A stretch of DNA of 64,000 nt from Octopus sinensis (lineage: Eukaryota). Each line of letters opens with the position of its first letter. The stretch's first letter is position 1. The notes below the pieces were generated by a model. It was given only the letters and a program-made list of their open reading frames with translations, ran no database searches and was not told where the DNA came from. The stretch is from NCBI RefSeq assembly GCF_006345805.1, contig NC_043025.1:4898001-4962000 (forward strand), written 5' to 3'. The position numbers and the translations under genes are program-made. Positions 63,006-64,000 of this stretch are shown in pieces.

Positions 63006-63418
63006 GGATCTTTTCGGTTTGAACGGCAGTTTTTAAACATAATTTCCACGTAACTAAACACTTTTAAACTTCGTATACTGGTAGAATGTGTTTATAAAAC
63101 ATCTTTTTTCTCTTGGCTTTATTGAGAAAATTCTATAGTTTGTAAGATATTTGGGTTTGTTTTTCAATTTCTGCAATTTCAACCAATCAATGACGTCCAT
63201 TGAGGTAAAAAAAAAACAGTCTGTGCCGTATGAATACGTCCCTCGTTTAAGAAACAGATTGGGTTTATTTACATTTGTGAAGAAAAAACGATACCCTTCC
63301 CCCCACCCCTAACCCTAAAACAGATTGAAATGCAATAGATCGATATTAGGGTCATAATTATGGGTACAATTTCATATGACACCGCTAGAAAAAACTGCCG
63401 TTCAAACCGAAAAGATCC
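63006..63418. mobile_element. MITE with ~29-bp terminal inverted repeats
   Basis: ggatcttttcggtttgaacggcagttttt and aaaaactgccgttcaaaccgaaaagatcc. The TSD is unclear, so the superfamily is not assigned. Confidence 0.8.
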
Positions 63419-64000
63419 ACTATCCCTCTCCATAAATCCTAAAATCTCGGTTTTTATTCAAATTTTTTAAGAATCATAGTTTAAAATGCGTAGTCTGTAT
63501 CTGCAGACTGTACCGAAAAGATCCCACTACCTGGTGCTCCGTGGTTGGTGGATATAGAAAGGAAGGTTACTCGTTTCTTCCTTGTCTCATATGAAGGTGT
63601 AACAAATGCTGTGTTTATTATTTGGCTGTCTAGGCTTAACTACCAGTTGCCGTATTTTGCTTGTTTTCTACAAGTGGTCACATCACCATACCTATATGTA
63701 TTTCTTTATTGCCCACAAGGGGCTAAACATAGAGGGGACAAACAAGGACAGACAAAGGGATTAAGTCGATTACATCGACTCCAGTGCGTAACTGGTATTT
63801 AATTTATCGACCCCGAAAGGATGAAAGGCAAAGTCGACCTCGGCGGAATTTGAACTCACAACGTAACGACAGACGAAATACCTATTTCTTTATTACCCAC
63901 AAGGGGCTAAACACAGAGGGGACAAACAGGGACAGACATAGGTATTAAGTCGATTACATCGACCCCAGTGCGTAAGTGATGCTTAATTTATCGACCCCGA

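Noticed and set aside
63307-63318. ccctaaccctaa telomere-like repeat
   Set aside because: It is only two units inside a MITE, not an interstitial telomere.

Overview
This is repeat-dense, AT-rich animal genomic DNA. The SINE families and the abundant (TA)n/(CA)n/(ATT)n/(GATA)n microsatellites suggest a coleoid cephalopod such as Octopus, which is an inference from recalled repeat families. The only convincing host protein-coding gene is an uninterrupted 10.2-kb ORF (20557-30717, +, 3386 aa). It has an N-terminal alpha-kinase (eEF2K/MHCK/TRPM7-type) fold in which both catalytic aspartates are substituted, so it is probably a pseudokinase. The rest is about 3100 aa of low-complexity sequence, including a roughly 1000-aa Gln/Ser/Tyr/Pro tandem-repeat domain and several short linear docking motifs. 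There is one tRNA-Trp(CCA) gene on the minus strand. Mobile elements include a frameshifted CR1/L2-like LINE inside a (GATA)n tract, RTE and Penelope-like fragments, two non-autonomous Helitrons, several MITEs and at least four SINE-like families. One MITE pair has reciprocally swapped target-site duplications. Several Penelope-type minimal hammerhead ribozyme motifs, TE-derived satellites (136, 139, 172 and about 177 bp units) and fold-back or templated inverted duplications are also present. Almost all other ORFs in the track are microsatellite, SINE or shadow-frame artefacts. Repeat boundaries were read by eye and are approximate.
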